Virus record (IMG/VR): IMGVR_UViG_3300028887_000114
Span: 6,588 to 70,587 of that record
Reading direction: 5' to 3' (one strand)
DNA: 64,000 nt
Origin: a virus
Lineage: Duplodnaviria; Caudoviricetes
In this document: piece after piece, positions 1 through 9,056 of the stretch
Position numbering within the stretch: the first letter of the stretch is position 1
How the letters are laid out: every line of letters starts with the position of its first letter
Translations under genes and position numbers: made by a program
Notes under the pieces: model-generated
Told to the model about the DNA's origin: nothing
Database searches by the model: none
The model's input: only the letters and a program-made list of their open reading frames with translations

Positions 1-74
1 TCAGAATTCCCGAATAATACGAAGCCTTATATTATTGGTCTTCTTGGCTATTAATATTAACTGAAATAACAAAT

Positions 75-103
75 AAAAACCGTCTTTCAACAGACGGTTT
101 TTT
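75..103 (+). terminator. intrinsic terminator
   Basis: AAAAACCGTCT-ttcaac-AGACGGTTTTTT hairpin with T-tract, right after an upstream stop codon. Confidence 0.8.
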
Positions 104-105
104 AT

Positions 106-113
106 TATAAATA
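106..113 (+). promoter_or_regulatory. T4-type late promoter TATAAATA
   Basis: Exact gp55 late consensus 7 nt upstream of the ATG at 121. Confidence 0.65.
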
Positions 114-120
114 ATGTAAG

Positions 121-915
121 ATGATAACTAATAAAGATATCTTTAATATAAACAAGGTTGCAATACCTTTTACTAAGAAAGAGCTTGAAAACGTAATTAA
201 CCAGACTGTAACGAATGGTTATGTTTCAACTACTTATGATAATTTAATTCAAACTTTAGAAGAAATTGCTCGTTCTAAGGAATTTCCGGTTATTTTGAAT
301 CCTAATGAGATTTTTAAATCTTCTAACAATCCGTTAATTAGAGATGACGTTTTGATTAGGGTTGAAGGGATGCAGACTTATGCAGAATTTGTAGATAACG
401 TAATTCAGGATGCAGACGGTTACGCTTGGACTAATTTTATGACATATTCTGAGGTATTCAAGGATGATATTAAGAAATTAAAAACTCTTGCTTATAAGAA
501 GTTCTTGTGGAATTATCATAATATCGATACTTGGTTCTCTGAACACAATATTGGCTTGATTGATGATGAAAAGAATAATCTTGTAGGCGATTTCGAATTA
601 TTTAAAGAAAGAGTTTTAATGACAGACGACTATGAAACATTTATTGAATGCTGCAAAACAGAAGATGTAGAAAACGCAGTCAAGTTCGTTATAAAGAATG
701 GTTGTGCATTGTTAAAGAAATATAAGGTTGAATTGAATAACCATATTAGTATTGATAATAAGAGACAGACAACCGTTATGTTAAAGAATCCTATTATTAC
801 AAAGATTTTCTTACAATCGTCTGCTGCTTCTCGTTGCAAGAAAGACTGGCCAAAGATTAAGTTTACTACACTTGACAAGAAATCATTTGATACTATTGGT
901 ATTTGGGAAGTTTAA
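121..915 (+). CDS. hypothetical late (probably virion) protein, 264 aa
   Basis: Long ORF after a late promoter; no recognised motif. Confidence 0.7.
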   Translation: MITNKDIFNINKVAIPFTKKELENVINQTVTNGYVSTTYDNLIQTLEEIARSKEFPVILNPNEIFKSSNNPLIRDDVLIRVEGMQTYAEFVDNVIQDADGYAWTNFMTYSEVFKDDIKKLKTLAYKKFLWNYHNIDTWFSEHNIGLIDDEKNNLVGDFELFKERVLMTDDYETFIECCKTEDVENAVKFVIKNGCALLKKYKVELNNHISIDNKRQTTVMLKNPIITKIFLQSSAASRCKKDWPKIKFTTLDKKSFDTIGIWEV

Positions 916-917
916 AT

Positions 918-2237
918 ATGGCATTTAAAAGAAAAGACTCTGTTACTCAAGAAGGTGGTTTTAGAAGATTTAATGCCATCAATAATATGGTTACTGCTGA
1001 TTATTGGCAGTTTAAATATGTTACAAAAGATATAAATCGTCAAGACCAAACAGAAACAGGTGCAGAAGTTTGGCCAAATCCTAAAGATCCAGATTCACCT
1101 TATGATAGACCATTTGGTGATGTTTTAGGAACTATTTTCTTTGATGCTTCGTCAACTTTAATTTACATGAATACATCTATTGCTGATGTAATTATTGATA
1201 CAACCCCACCGAAATTCGTTGGTGAAGATATACAATATACTACATTCCAGCAAGACCATGTTTGTAAATTAACGATAGAGTCTGATACTTTAATTGACGT
1301 TTGCCAATTAGTAATAAAGAATGGTGATGATATTCTTTATCGTTGTTTAAGAAATTCCGATAACGGTGAACAAACAAAATCAGATAAGATTTCTAATATT
1401 TCTTATATTAAATCTGGTAATACTTATGTATTGTCATTTACTATAAAGAAAGGTAATGAAGAAGCCTTAAATACTAACCAGATTACAGTAGAAGTTTGGG
1501 ACATTGCTGCAAATAAAGCAACATATACTACATCTGGTAAATGGGAAAATCTTAAAACTCCAGATATATTACAACATCTTATAATTGAATTTGTCGATGT
1601 AGAACCAAAAGATAAGATTATTTCTAAGAATGTTGAAGGAACAGTTGTTGTATTAGTAACCAACCCTAATGTTGAATTATGGGAAATTCAACCGACATTT
1701 CATTTGACAGATTCAAGTATCGGTGTTATTGATGAGTCATCAATACATGAAATTTTAGACGAAGAAGATAAACATCAAGGAGTTTGGACATTTAATATTA
1801 CGCATATTGATAAGAAAGGAATGATTGACCTTGAAGCGTGGATTGATATTGCAAATAGCGATATTAGAGAAGCAGTAAAGAATCAAACCTATGCTGAAGG
1901 AATTTTAGGTCCGTTTATCTTTGCAGACGAAGGACGTAAGTATAAATTTAATACTTATACACCGTCCTATTTAAATGATGATTTATATAAGGCATTTGTT
2001 CAATTTACGCAAGATTTTTTGAATACTTCTCAGGAAAGTTTATCTACTGGTAATTCTATAAGTACATTGGAGAAGATTGCTAGAATAAATAATTTTAATG
2101 ATCCGTTTAGAACAGAACCACCATTTTTAACTGAATATGCAAAGCAATTTAATATTTCTATAACTCCAAAATTGGACGAATATATGTATTATCTTGATTC
2201 AAATCATAGACAGACAGATGAGGTAGTTGATGAGTAA
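918..2237 (+). CDS. putative baseplate wedge protein, N-terminal part (Ig-like region, then start of a P2 gpI/T4 gp7-like domain)
   Basis: ATG at 918 preferred over TTG at 903; C-terminal 'TPSYLNDDLYKAFVQFTQDFLN...DPFRTEPPFLTEYAKQF' resembles the first half of baseplate gpI-like domains. Confidence 0.5.
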   Translation: MAFKRKDSVTQEGGFRRFNAINNMVTADYWQFKYVTKDINRQDQTETGAEVWPNPKDPDSPYDRPFGDVLGTIFFDASSTLIYMNTSIADVIIDTTPPKFVGEDIQYTTFQQDHVCKLTIESDTLIDVCQLVIKNGDDILYRCLRNSDNGEQTKSDKISNISYIKSGNTYVLSFTIKKGNEEALNTNQITVEVWDIAANKATYTTSGKWENLKTPDILQHLIIEFVDVEPKDKIISKNVEGTVVVLVTNPNVELWEIQPTFHLTDSSIGVIDESSIHEILDEEDKHQGVWTFNITHIDKKGMIDLEAWIDIANSDIREAVKNQTYAEGILGPFIFADEGRKYKFNTYTPSYLNDDLYKAFVQFTQDFLNTSQESLSTGNSISTLEKIARINNFNDPFRTEPPFLTEYAKQFNISITPKLDEYMYYLDSNHRQTDEVVDE

Positions 2238-3378
2238 TGAAGTTCCACAATACTATAAAGATGAAGCATATAGTTTAATTCGTTCAATCTATAAGTTTAT
2301 TCCATTTTATAATCAGATAAAAGGAACTTATCTTGGTATTCAATTTATGATGAATACTATGGGTTTAAGTGCAGCTATTGTTGAATTATGGTCTACCAGA
2401 GATGATATTAAGAATTTCTCGAAAAATACAACATTATTCAGAGAAGACGAACTTAATGCAGTAAGACGTTTTCTTGTAGACCTTACAGAAGAAAGTGAAG
2501 AAGAAAAGTCAAAAATTGATTATATATCAGACCCAGCAAAAGTTAAGGATTATTATTTGACTTCTACTTTTGACGTTGATTTATCTTCTCAGAAAGGCAT
2601 TACATTTTCTGAATTTAACGGTATGGCAAATACAATTATTTCTGTTATTGAAGAAATAAAGCCAGTTACAAGATGTTTAAGAAAATTGTATTATCTTTTG
2701 GAGTTAAATACCGGTTTACATTTTAAATATTTGTTTGAAAATCAGACACCTGATGATGTATTAACAGTTGGTAGTAACCCAGATCCATATTTTGGTATTA
2801 ATTTCAAGAGATTTGATTATATCTGGTGGTTTAGTGAAGACCCTAGAACAGTTTATGATGGAGAACTTTTACAATTAAAGACTGTATTTTTATCATATAA
2901 ATCAATTCTTGCAAGAGTATCAAATAATGCTGCAGATGGCAGTGACGGTAAATATACATTATTAAATACTTACAATAATTTAAATAATTTACCATATAAA
3001 TTGAAAAATTCAAAAGTTGATAGAATTAAATTCCGTGTATATGGTAGAGATAATAGTAACATTGGAGATGATTGGTTTTCAAATAGAACACTTATTGCAA
3101 GAATAGGTCAAGATCTTAATATAAGAACTGATGAATGTGGAATTTATTTAGATATAATAAATCCAAGTTTAAGAAGTTTATTAAATTTGGAATATAATGT
3201 TGAAAACAAAGATATTTTCCTTGCAATATATTTTAATATACCATTAGGTACAAATTATATAACACAAGGAAATTTAGATGATTCTACTAAAACACTTATA
3301 TATGATTGGCCATTTACTCTTATAAATGATGTAGTTCCGCCTCGAGGTTATCTTTCTTCAGAACAGAGCATAGAATAA
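2230..3378 (+). CDS. putative baseplate protein (second half of gpI/gp7-like domain)
   Basis: 'YNQIKGTYLGIQFMMNTMG' matches the KGT..GI...L...G motif; GAGG RBS at 2220-2223; overlaps the upstream stop. Confidence 0.5.
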   Translation: MSNEVPQYYKDEAYSLIRSIYKFIPFYNQIKGTYLGIQFMMNTMGLSAAIVELWSTRDDIKNFSKNTTLFREDELNAVRRFLVDLTEESEEEKSKIDYISDPAKVKDYYLTSTFDVDLSSQKGITFSEFNGMANTIISVIEEIKPVTRCLRKLYYLLELNTGLHFKYLFENQTPDDVLTVGSNPDPYFGINFKRFDYIWWFSEDPRTVYDGELLQLKTVFLSYKSILARVSNNAADGSDGKYTLLNTYNNLNNLPYKLKNSKVDRIKFRVYGRDNSNIGDDWFSNRTLIARIGQDLNIRTDECGIYLDIINPSLRSLLNLEYNVENKDIFLAIYFNIPLGTNYITQGNLDDSTKTLIYDWPFTLINDVVPPRGYLSSEQSIE

Positions 3379-3383
3379 TGATT

Positions 3384-3420
3384 AAAAAGGGTTGACAAAA
3401 GTCAACCTTTTTTCTATATT
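3384..3420 (+). promoter_or_regulatory. terminator hairpin fused to sigma70 promoter (TTGACA 3392-3397, TATATT 3415-3420)
   Basis: AAAAAGGGTTGAC-aaaa-GTCAACCTTTT stem contains the -35 box; 17-bp spacer. Confidence 0.75.
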
Positions 3421-3431
3421 TTGGCAAAAAT

Positions 3432-3439
3432 TATAAATA
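3432..3439 (+). promoter_or_regulatory. T4-type late promoter TATAAATA
   Basis: Exact consensus 30 nt before the cadherin gene. Confidence 0.45.
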
Positions 3440-3469
3440 TATTGCAAAAACAAAAAACAAGGACTAAGA

Positions 3470-6400
3470 ATGAAGAAAATAATTGGATTACTCATATTTC
3501 TAATCTCATTCATATATGCGGCTGATGTAAAGCCATTTACCTATGAAGGAGTCCAAGATCAGCAAGCGCAATATGAATATATGCTACGCTATAAGCTTTT
3601 TGGTAAAGAATACTTTAAGCTTGGCGGTAACAACGATATTCCTGATTCCTCTGGTTGGACAGGAACTGCTAATAATTTCACTTCAACGGACCAGGTTGAA
3701 TTAGGTGGTCCTATTTTAGCAGGCGGTAGTATTTCAGTTGGTAACGGTAATAAGTTGACTACTGGACCAATTCGTGCTACTACATTTACAATGAATAACG
3801 ATAATAGTTCTATTTTCGCTGGAACTATGTGTTTACAGAATACAGATGTTGAAGATAAGGTAAAAACAGTAGTTGCTAGAAGCGGCGGCGAAATTACAGA
3901 TAATTGTCCAGATGTTCCTGAAGCACCAACTAATTTGTCAATTCCGACTATTACTTGGCCAGATACTATAACACAGTCAATTACTGTTGGTAGAAGAGAA
4001 GTAAAGTATATTGAAATTCCTGAAGTAGAAACATATGATTTATATGTTAATTCTATTACAACAGGTTCTTCTGGTGAAATTTATTTTAGAATGCGTGATG
4101 GTGGAACATTGACAAGAATTTTTGTTAATGGTCCTATTAATTTGTCTGACCATACTAAGATTAAGGTTGTTTATAAGACAGACTCTACTGATTATATTGT
4201 TCCACAAAATAAGTTCCGTGGTAACTTGTTATTCTATACTAATCAAGATTTTAAGATTGAAAATACAGACTATACAGAATTACAGGGAACTTTTATTACA
4301 ACACAGAAAGCTACACTTGTTTCCAATATTGAATTTGCTGGTCAGATTATAGCAAATGAACTTGATATTGGTTATAACTTTAGTGGTAAGAATTTCAGAT
4401 TTGTTAAGTTTGACCCAGATACAATCGATGTTAAGCTTGATAAGTATGGTGGTTTGAAGGAAAATGATTCTACTGTAGTTATTCCAGTTGAACTTAATGA
4501 CACTACTGATATTAATGTTTACTTTACATATTGCTTTGATTTAAAGGACGGTGTAACTGTTGAAGATTTCAACATTCCGCCAAAATTCCCACTTTGCAAT
4601 AATAATGAAAGCAAACGTGTTGTAATTCCTATTGGTTCTAAGACACCAAGTGATCCGATTTATGTAAACGTTAAGAAAGATACGATTAAAGAACCAGATG
4701 ATGTTTTGACATTAAGAATTTCAGATATTACCGGTGCTATTCTTCCAAATGGTCATGTAGACGGTGAATTAAAGATTAAGATTATTGATGCAACTAGAAG
4801 TGGATTTAATACATTATACAAGTATAAGGTTGAAGAAAATTATACTGGCGTAATCGATTATTTCCATATGATTGATTGCCCTATTTGTCAGATTCGTTTG
4901 GATTCTGCATATGAAGGTCGTTATAAGATTGAAGAAAATCCATATGGTAATACAAAGCTTTATTTGTTAGAACCACTTGATTATGAAAAAATTCAGTCAG
5001 ATACAATTAAAGTAACTGCTTATATTGGTGATGAGGATGTTCATACAGTTAAGCTTCCTATTGAAGTAATTGACGTAAATGAAATACCAGTTACACATGA
5101 TACTACATTCTATGTTTTAGAAAATTCTCCGATTGATTCTATTCTTGGAACATTGTGGTATTATGATGAAGATATTAATCCAGAATATAATCAGGTTATT
5201 TTTATGGATTATACTTGGCCAAATAAGTGCGATGCATTTAGTATTGATGAATATACTGGTGTTATTACAACTAATTTGACATTTGACTATGAAAAAGACC
5301 CACATGAAATTGAAGCATATTTCTTGGTTCAAGATATGTGGATTCGTAAGGATCTTGCAGCTCCGGCAAATGTAAAATTTGTTATTGTTGATGTCGATGA
5401 AGCACCAGAAGTTACAGGCGGTTCTTATACAATTCCAGAAAATGTAATTGATACTATTGGACGTGTAACAGCGGTTGACCCAGAAGGAAAGAAATTAACT
5501 TATACAATTACAAATAAGATTCCATTTAAGATTGATACAAATGGTGTTATTACTAATACACAACCATTTGATTATGAACAAATTACGAATTTTGTAATTA
5601 AAGTTGAAGTTTCTGATGGAACTAATGTTGTTCCTGTAGACGTAAAGGTTGCAGTTACTGATGAAAATGAGCCAGTTCATACAAAAGATACAACATTTAC
5701 TGTTCCTGAATATAAGAAAGGTGATATTGGTAAGATTACGGCATGGGATGAAGATGGAAAACCAGTTCAGTTCTCTGTAACTGATACAGCAAAGTATTCT
5801 ATCGATAAGATTGGTAATCTTTATCTTAAGACACCGTATGATTATAACAAGACAAAGACAGATACAGTTAAGGTTATTGTTACAGACGGAACATTCTATG
5901 ATACAGCTACGGTTGTTATCAATGTAACGAATGTTAATGATAAGCCGGTTTTACAAGAAAATGATTCTTTGTTTGTTCCTGAAAATTGTAAAAATTGTGT
6001 AGCAGGTTCTGTTATTGCTACTGATAAGGATAATGACCCTATTAGGTATGATATAATCGAAAAAGGTTTCACAATAGATTCAGCAGGTGTTATTAAGGTA
6101 ATTGAGCCGTTAGATTATGAAAAGACAAAGAAAGTCATGATTACAGTTACTGCAACAGACCCATCTGGTGCAGCTGATACTATGACTTATGTTATCAAAG
6201 TCTTCGATGTAAATGAACGTGCTTGGGTAAATGATACTACATTTACAGTTCCTGAAAACGACACGACTAGCTGGAAGGTTACAGGAGGTGATGAAGATGG
6301 AGACACTCTTAAATATACTATCTCTGATAGTCTTAATTATCATATTACTGATGATGGTATCATTACTCTGAAAAAACCATTCGACTATGAAAAGAAAAAT

Positions 6401-8218
6401 AAAGATACTGTTACCGTATATGTTGACGACGGACGTGGATCGAGAGATTCGGCAAAGATTGTTATCAATGTAACTGATGTTCCAGAAAATGTCAGAATTA
6501 CAGATATTGATGACAAGCCTCGTCAAGATACAATCAGAACAAACAAGCCTGATCATAAGATTGATTATCAGGAATGTGAAGGTAAAAAGTGCAAATATAA
6601 TGAATTGCCGGTTAAAACAAAGCGTGATACGACAGTTAAAGTTTGCAATGCAAAGAAAACATCTTGTGATTCTGTAGTTATCTTATATAACGATAAATCA
6701 CCAGTTGTAACAATCTCTAAACCAGATAATACTTCTGATTATATCGACTATATAACGATTGAAGAACAGAAAGACGATAAGATTTATATCAATAAGAAGA
6801 CAAATGAACTTACTGTAACTGTTAAAGACACAGTTAATAATACTAAGGAATCTTTCCCAATTACAGTAAAGTTAGATACTGTAAAGAATGTTTCGAAAGA
6901 AATAAAGGACTATAATTATGTAATTAATGAAAAGTCTGCAACAATTACAGAAATTGGTGATGGACTTGCAGAAATGACAGAAGTTATAGACGGTGTAAAA
7001 GTTACAGTTCTTGTTGATGCAAAGACACATAAGAGAAAAGATACAACCCAGACTGTTTCTTATACAAAGAAGATTGACGGTAAGGAAGTAATTATTTCTT
7101 ATAAAACAGATGATTTAACTGGAACCAGAGTTTCTAATTATTTCATTTCATATAAGGCTGACGATGCAACAGTTGTAACTTATGTTCTTGATGATAAGAA
7201 AAAGATTATTAAGAATAAAGAAGGCAATATTGCATATGAAATCAAGTATGAATATGTAGATGATTATGGTAATAAGGCAACAGCAAAGATTGATGTAGTC
7301 TTTGATGATATTCCGCCAAAAGTTGAAATTCTTGAACCATATAATGATATAACAGTTAATGCTAACTTTGTTAATGTTAAGTGGACAGTAAATGGTGAAG
7401 TTCAAGATACTTTAACTTTACAGAGACTTGAACGTGGTTTGAACAAAGTCATTAGAAGATATATTGATAAGGCTGGAAATGCAACTTCTGATACAGTATA
7501 TGTCTTTATGAAAGAAGCAAAAGACATTGATATTGAACTTATCAATCCGGTAACAAAGATTGATCAGGAAAAAGTCGATGAATATTATAAAGACCATAAG
7601 TATGACAGAAAGAATCCAGCAACTGTTACAATAATAGCTTCTGACGATTCTATTCCAGAACCATTAGGTGTTGGTTTCAAAGTTGACGTTCGTCTTCCTT
7701 CTGCATCACCAACTGGTGGTTTAGCTACACTCGATGACATCTCAAAGAATGGTCAAATTCCAGTTGATGATAAGGGAAATGTAGTCGGTGCATCTAATAT
7801 TAGCATACCAGTAGAACAATATATTGATGAACATTGTACAGATGATTTCAAGAAGGATTATAAGAAAAATGGAACTAAGATTCCATTATATGATGTAACA
7901 TATAGTCTTCATCTTTGGATTTATACAACAACAGCAAACTATGTAAATGATTTTAAAGTCGATTACAAGTTGAACGATGAAGATAAAGTTTCTTCTGCAG
8001 GAACTGTTCAGATGGTCATTGACTGGATGTCTGATAAAGACGGACATGTCAAGGCAAAGAATGGACATGCACTTGGAACTGGATCTTATATCACTAAGTT
8101 ATTCAGCACTTCTGATGCAAAACATCGTTGTGATTTCCAGAATACAAAGAAAGGAAAACGCACAGTAAAGAAGGATGAAGCAACTAAGATATTTGGTTAT
8201 AAGAGACCAACAAAGTAA
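3470..8218 (+). CDS. secreted Calx-beta plus six-cadherin-repeat surface protein, 1582 aa
   Basis: Signal peptide MKKIIGLLIFLISFIYA; Calx-beta-like 'ENDSTVVIPVEL...DTIKEPDDVLTLRIS'; six repeats with xEN, DxD, (L/F)DYE and DVNExP cadherin motifs. Confidence 0.85.
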   Translation: MKKIIGLLIFLISFIYAADVKPFTYEGVQDQQAQYEYMLRYKLFGKEYFKLGGNNDIPDSSGWTGTANNFTSTDQVELGGPILAGGSISVGNGNKLTTGPIRATTFTMNNDNSSIFAGTMCLQNTDVEDKVKTVVARSGGEITDNCPDVPEAPTNLSIPTITWPDTITQSITVGRREVKYIEIPEVETYDLYVNSITTGSSGEIYFRMRDGGTLTRIFVNGPINLSDHTKIKVVYKTDSTDYIVPQNKFRGNLLFYTNQDFKIENTDYTELQGTFITTQKATLVSNIEFAGQIIANELDIGYNFSGKNFRFVKFDPDTIDVKLDKYGGLKENDSTVVIPVELNDTTDINVYFTYCFDLKDGVTVEDFNIPPKFPLCNNNESKRVVIPIGSKTPSDPIYVNVKKDTIKEPDDVLTLRISDITGAILPNGHVDGELKIKIIDATRSGFNTLYKYKVEENYTGVIDYFHMIDCPICQIRLDSAYEGRYKIEENPYGNTKLYLLEPLDYEKIQSDTIKVTAYIGDEDVHTVKLPIEVIDVNEIPVTHDTTFYVLENSPIDSILGTLWYYDEDINPEYNQVIFMDYTWPNKCDAFSIDEYTGVITTNLTFDYEKDPHEIEAYFLVQDMWIRKDLAAPANVKFVIVDVDEAPEVTGGSYTIPENVIDTIGRVTAVDPEGKKLTYTITNKIPFKIDTNGVITNTQPFDYEQITNFVIKVEVSDGTNVVPVDVKVAVTDENEPVHTKDTTFTVPEYKKGDIGKITAWDEDGKPVQFSVTDTAKYSIDKIGNLYLKTPYDYNKTKTDTVKVIVTDGTFYDTATVVINVTNVNDKPVLQENDSLFVPENCKNCVAGSVIATDKDNDPIRYDIIEKGFTIDSAGVIKVIEPLDYEKTKKVMITVTATDPSGAADTMTYVIKVFDVNERAWVNDTTFTVPENDTTSWKVTGGDEDGDTLKYTISDSLNYHITDDGIITLKKPFDYEKKNKDTVTVYVDDGRGSRDSAKIVINVTDVPENVRITDIDDKPRQDTIRTNKPDHKIDYQECEGKKCKYNELPVKTKRDTTVKVCNAKKTSCDSVVILYNDKSPVVTISKPDNTSDYIDYITIEEQKDDKIYINKKTNELTVTVKDTVNNTKESFPITVKLDTVKNVSKEIKDYNYVINEKSATITEIGDGLAEMTEVIDGVKVTVLVDAKTHKRKDTTQTVSYTKKIDGKEVIISYKTDDLTGTRVSNYFISYKADDATVVTYVLDDKKKIIKNKEGNIAYEIKYEYVDDYGNKATAKIDVVFDDIPPKVEILEPYNDITVNANFVNVKWTVNGEVQDTLTLQRLERGLNKVIRRYIDKAGNATSDTVYVFMKEAKDIDIELINPVTKIDQEKVDEYYKDHKYDRKNPATVTIIASDDSIPEPLGVGFKVDVRLPSASPTGGLATLDDISKNGQIPVDDKGNVVGASNISIPVEQYIDEHCTDDFKKDYKKNGTKIPLYDVTYSLHLWIYTTTANYVNDFKVDYKLNDEDKVSSAGTVQMVIDWMSDKDGHVKAKNGHALGTGSYITKLFSTSDAKHRCDFQNTKKGKRTVKKDEATKIFGYKRPTK

Positions 8219-8222
8219 ATTT

Positions 8223-8250
8223 AAAACCAGGAGTAAAATCCTGGTTTTTT
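8223..8250 (+). terminator. intrinsic terminator
   Basis: AAAACCAGGA-gtaaaa-TCCTGGTTTTTT. Confidence 0.85.
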
Positions 8251-8259
8251 ATTTTAGGG

Positions 8260-8287
8260 TTTACAGAAAACATTTTTTTACTATATT
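8260..8287 (+). promoter_or_regulatory. sigma70-type promoter TTTACA-16-TATATT
   Basis: Matches the repeated phage early consensus; ATG 7 nt downstream (leaderless). Confidence 0.6.
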
Positions 8288-8294
8288 TTAAAAA

Positions 8295-8774
8295 ATGAAT
8301 TATTTAAAGATATATTTTGCAATTATTGCTAAAGCAGCAGGTCGAGAACCATCGATATTATATGATAAACATCATATAATTCCTCAGTCATTAGGTGGTC
8401 CAGACGTGCCTACAAATTGGATTTATTTGACCCCTAGGGAACATATGGTTGCACATCATTTGTTAGCCAGAGCATACCCGGATGTTGAATTATTGCAGTC
8501 TGGATTCAATCTAAAGAAAGTTTGCATTAAGTATTATGACTACTATAGATGGTCTATGAGGCTAAAAGATTTAGCAGGTATGATAGAATATAGTAAGAAT
8601 AAAAAAGAGATTATAACGCGTTTACGTGTGCTTCTGGACGCTATTGGTGATGTTGATTTAGATAAACATATTCCTGTTAAACAACAGCCTAATATGGTCA
8701 AACCTAAGCCAGCTACTGCAGAAAAACCAGAAAAACCAGAACCCAAGAAGTCCAAAAAGAAATCCAAAGAGTAA
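8295..8774 (+). CDS. HNH endonuclease-like protein with K/P-rich tail
   Basis: 'DKHHIIPQSLGGPDVPTNWIYLTPREHMVAHHLL' is a classic phage HNH motif. Confidence 0.8.
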   Translation: MNYLKIYFAIIAKAAGREPSILYDKHHIIPQSLGGPDVPTNWIYLTPREHMVAHHLLARAYPDVELLQSGFNLKKVCIKYYDYYRWSMRLKDLAGMIEYSKNKKEIITRLRVLLDAIGDVDLDKHIPVKQQPNMVKPKPATAEKPEKPEPKKSKKKSKE

Positions 8775-8973
8775 ATTCTCGTTAAACAAAAATTTACAAA
8801 ATAAATTAAAACTATGCAAAAAATTGCATAGTTTTTTTTATATTTGATATGAAAATTTTCACGCAAAAAATAATAAATAATTATATTTGTCGGTTAATGA
8901 GTATGTTTATTAGTAGTGAAAATGTTTTTAAAATGTAGCTTTATTGTAATAAAGGCTACATTTTTAATTGTGC

Positions 8974-8981
8974 TATAAATA
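8974..8981 (+). promoter_or_regulatory. T4-type late promoter TATAAATA upstream of nrdD
   Basis: Exact consensus just after the terminator hairpin at 8930-8965. Confidence 0.45.
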
Positions 8982-9056
8982 TATAACCGATAGAGAAAAT
9001 GAAAATATTAGTGATGTGAATTTAATGTTTATTGAGCGTTTATAAAGAGGAAATAG

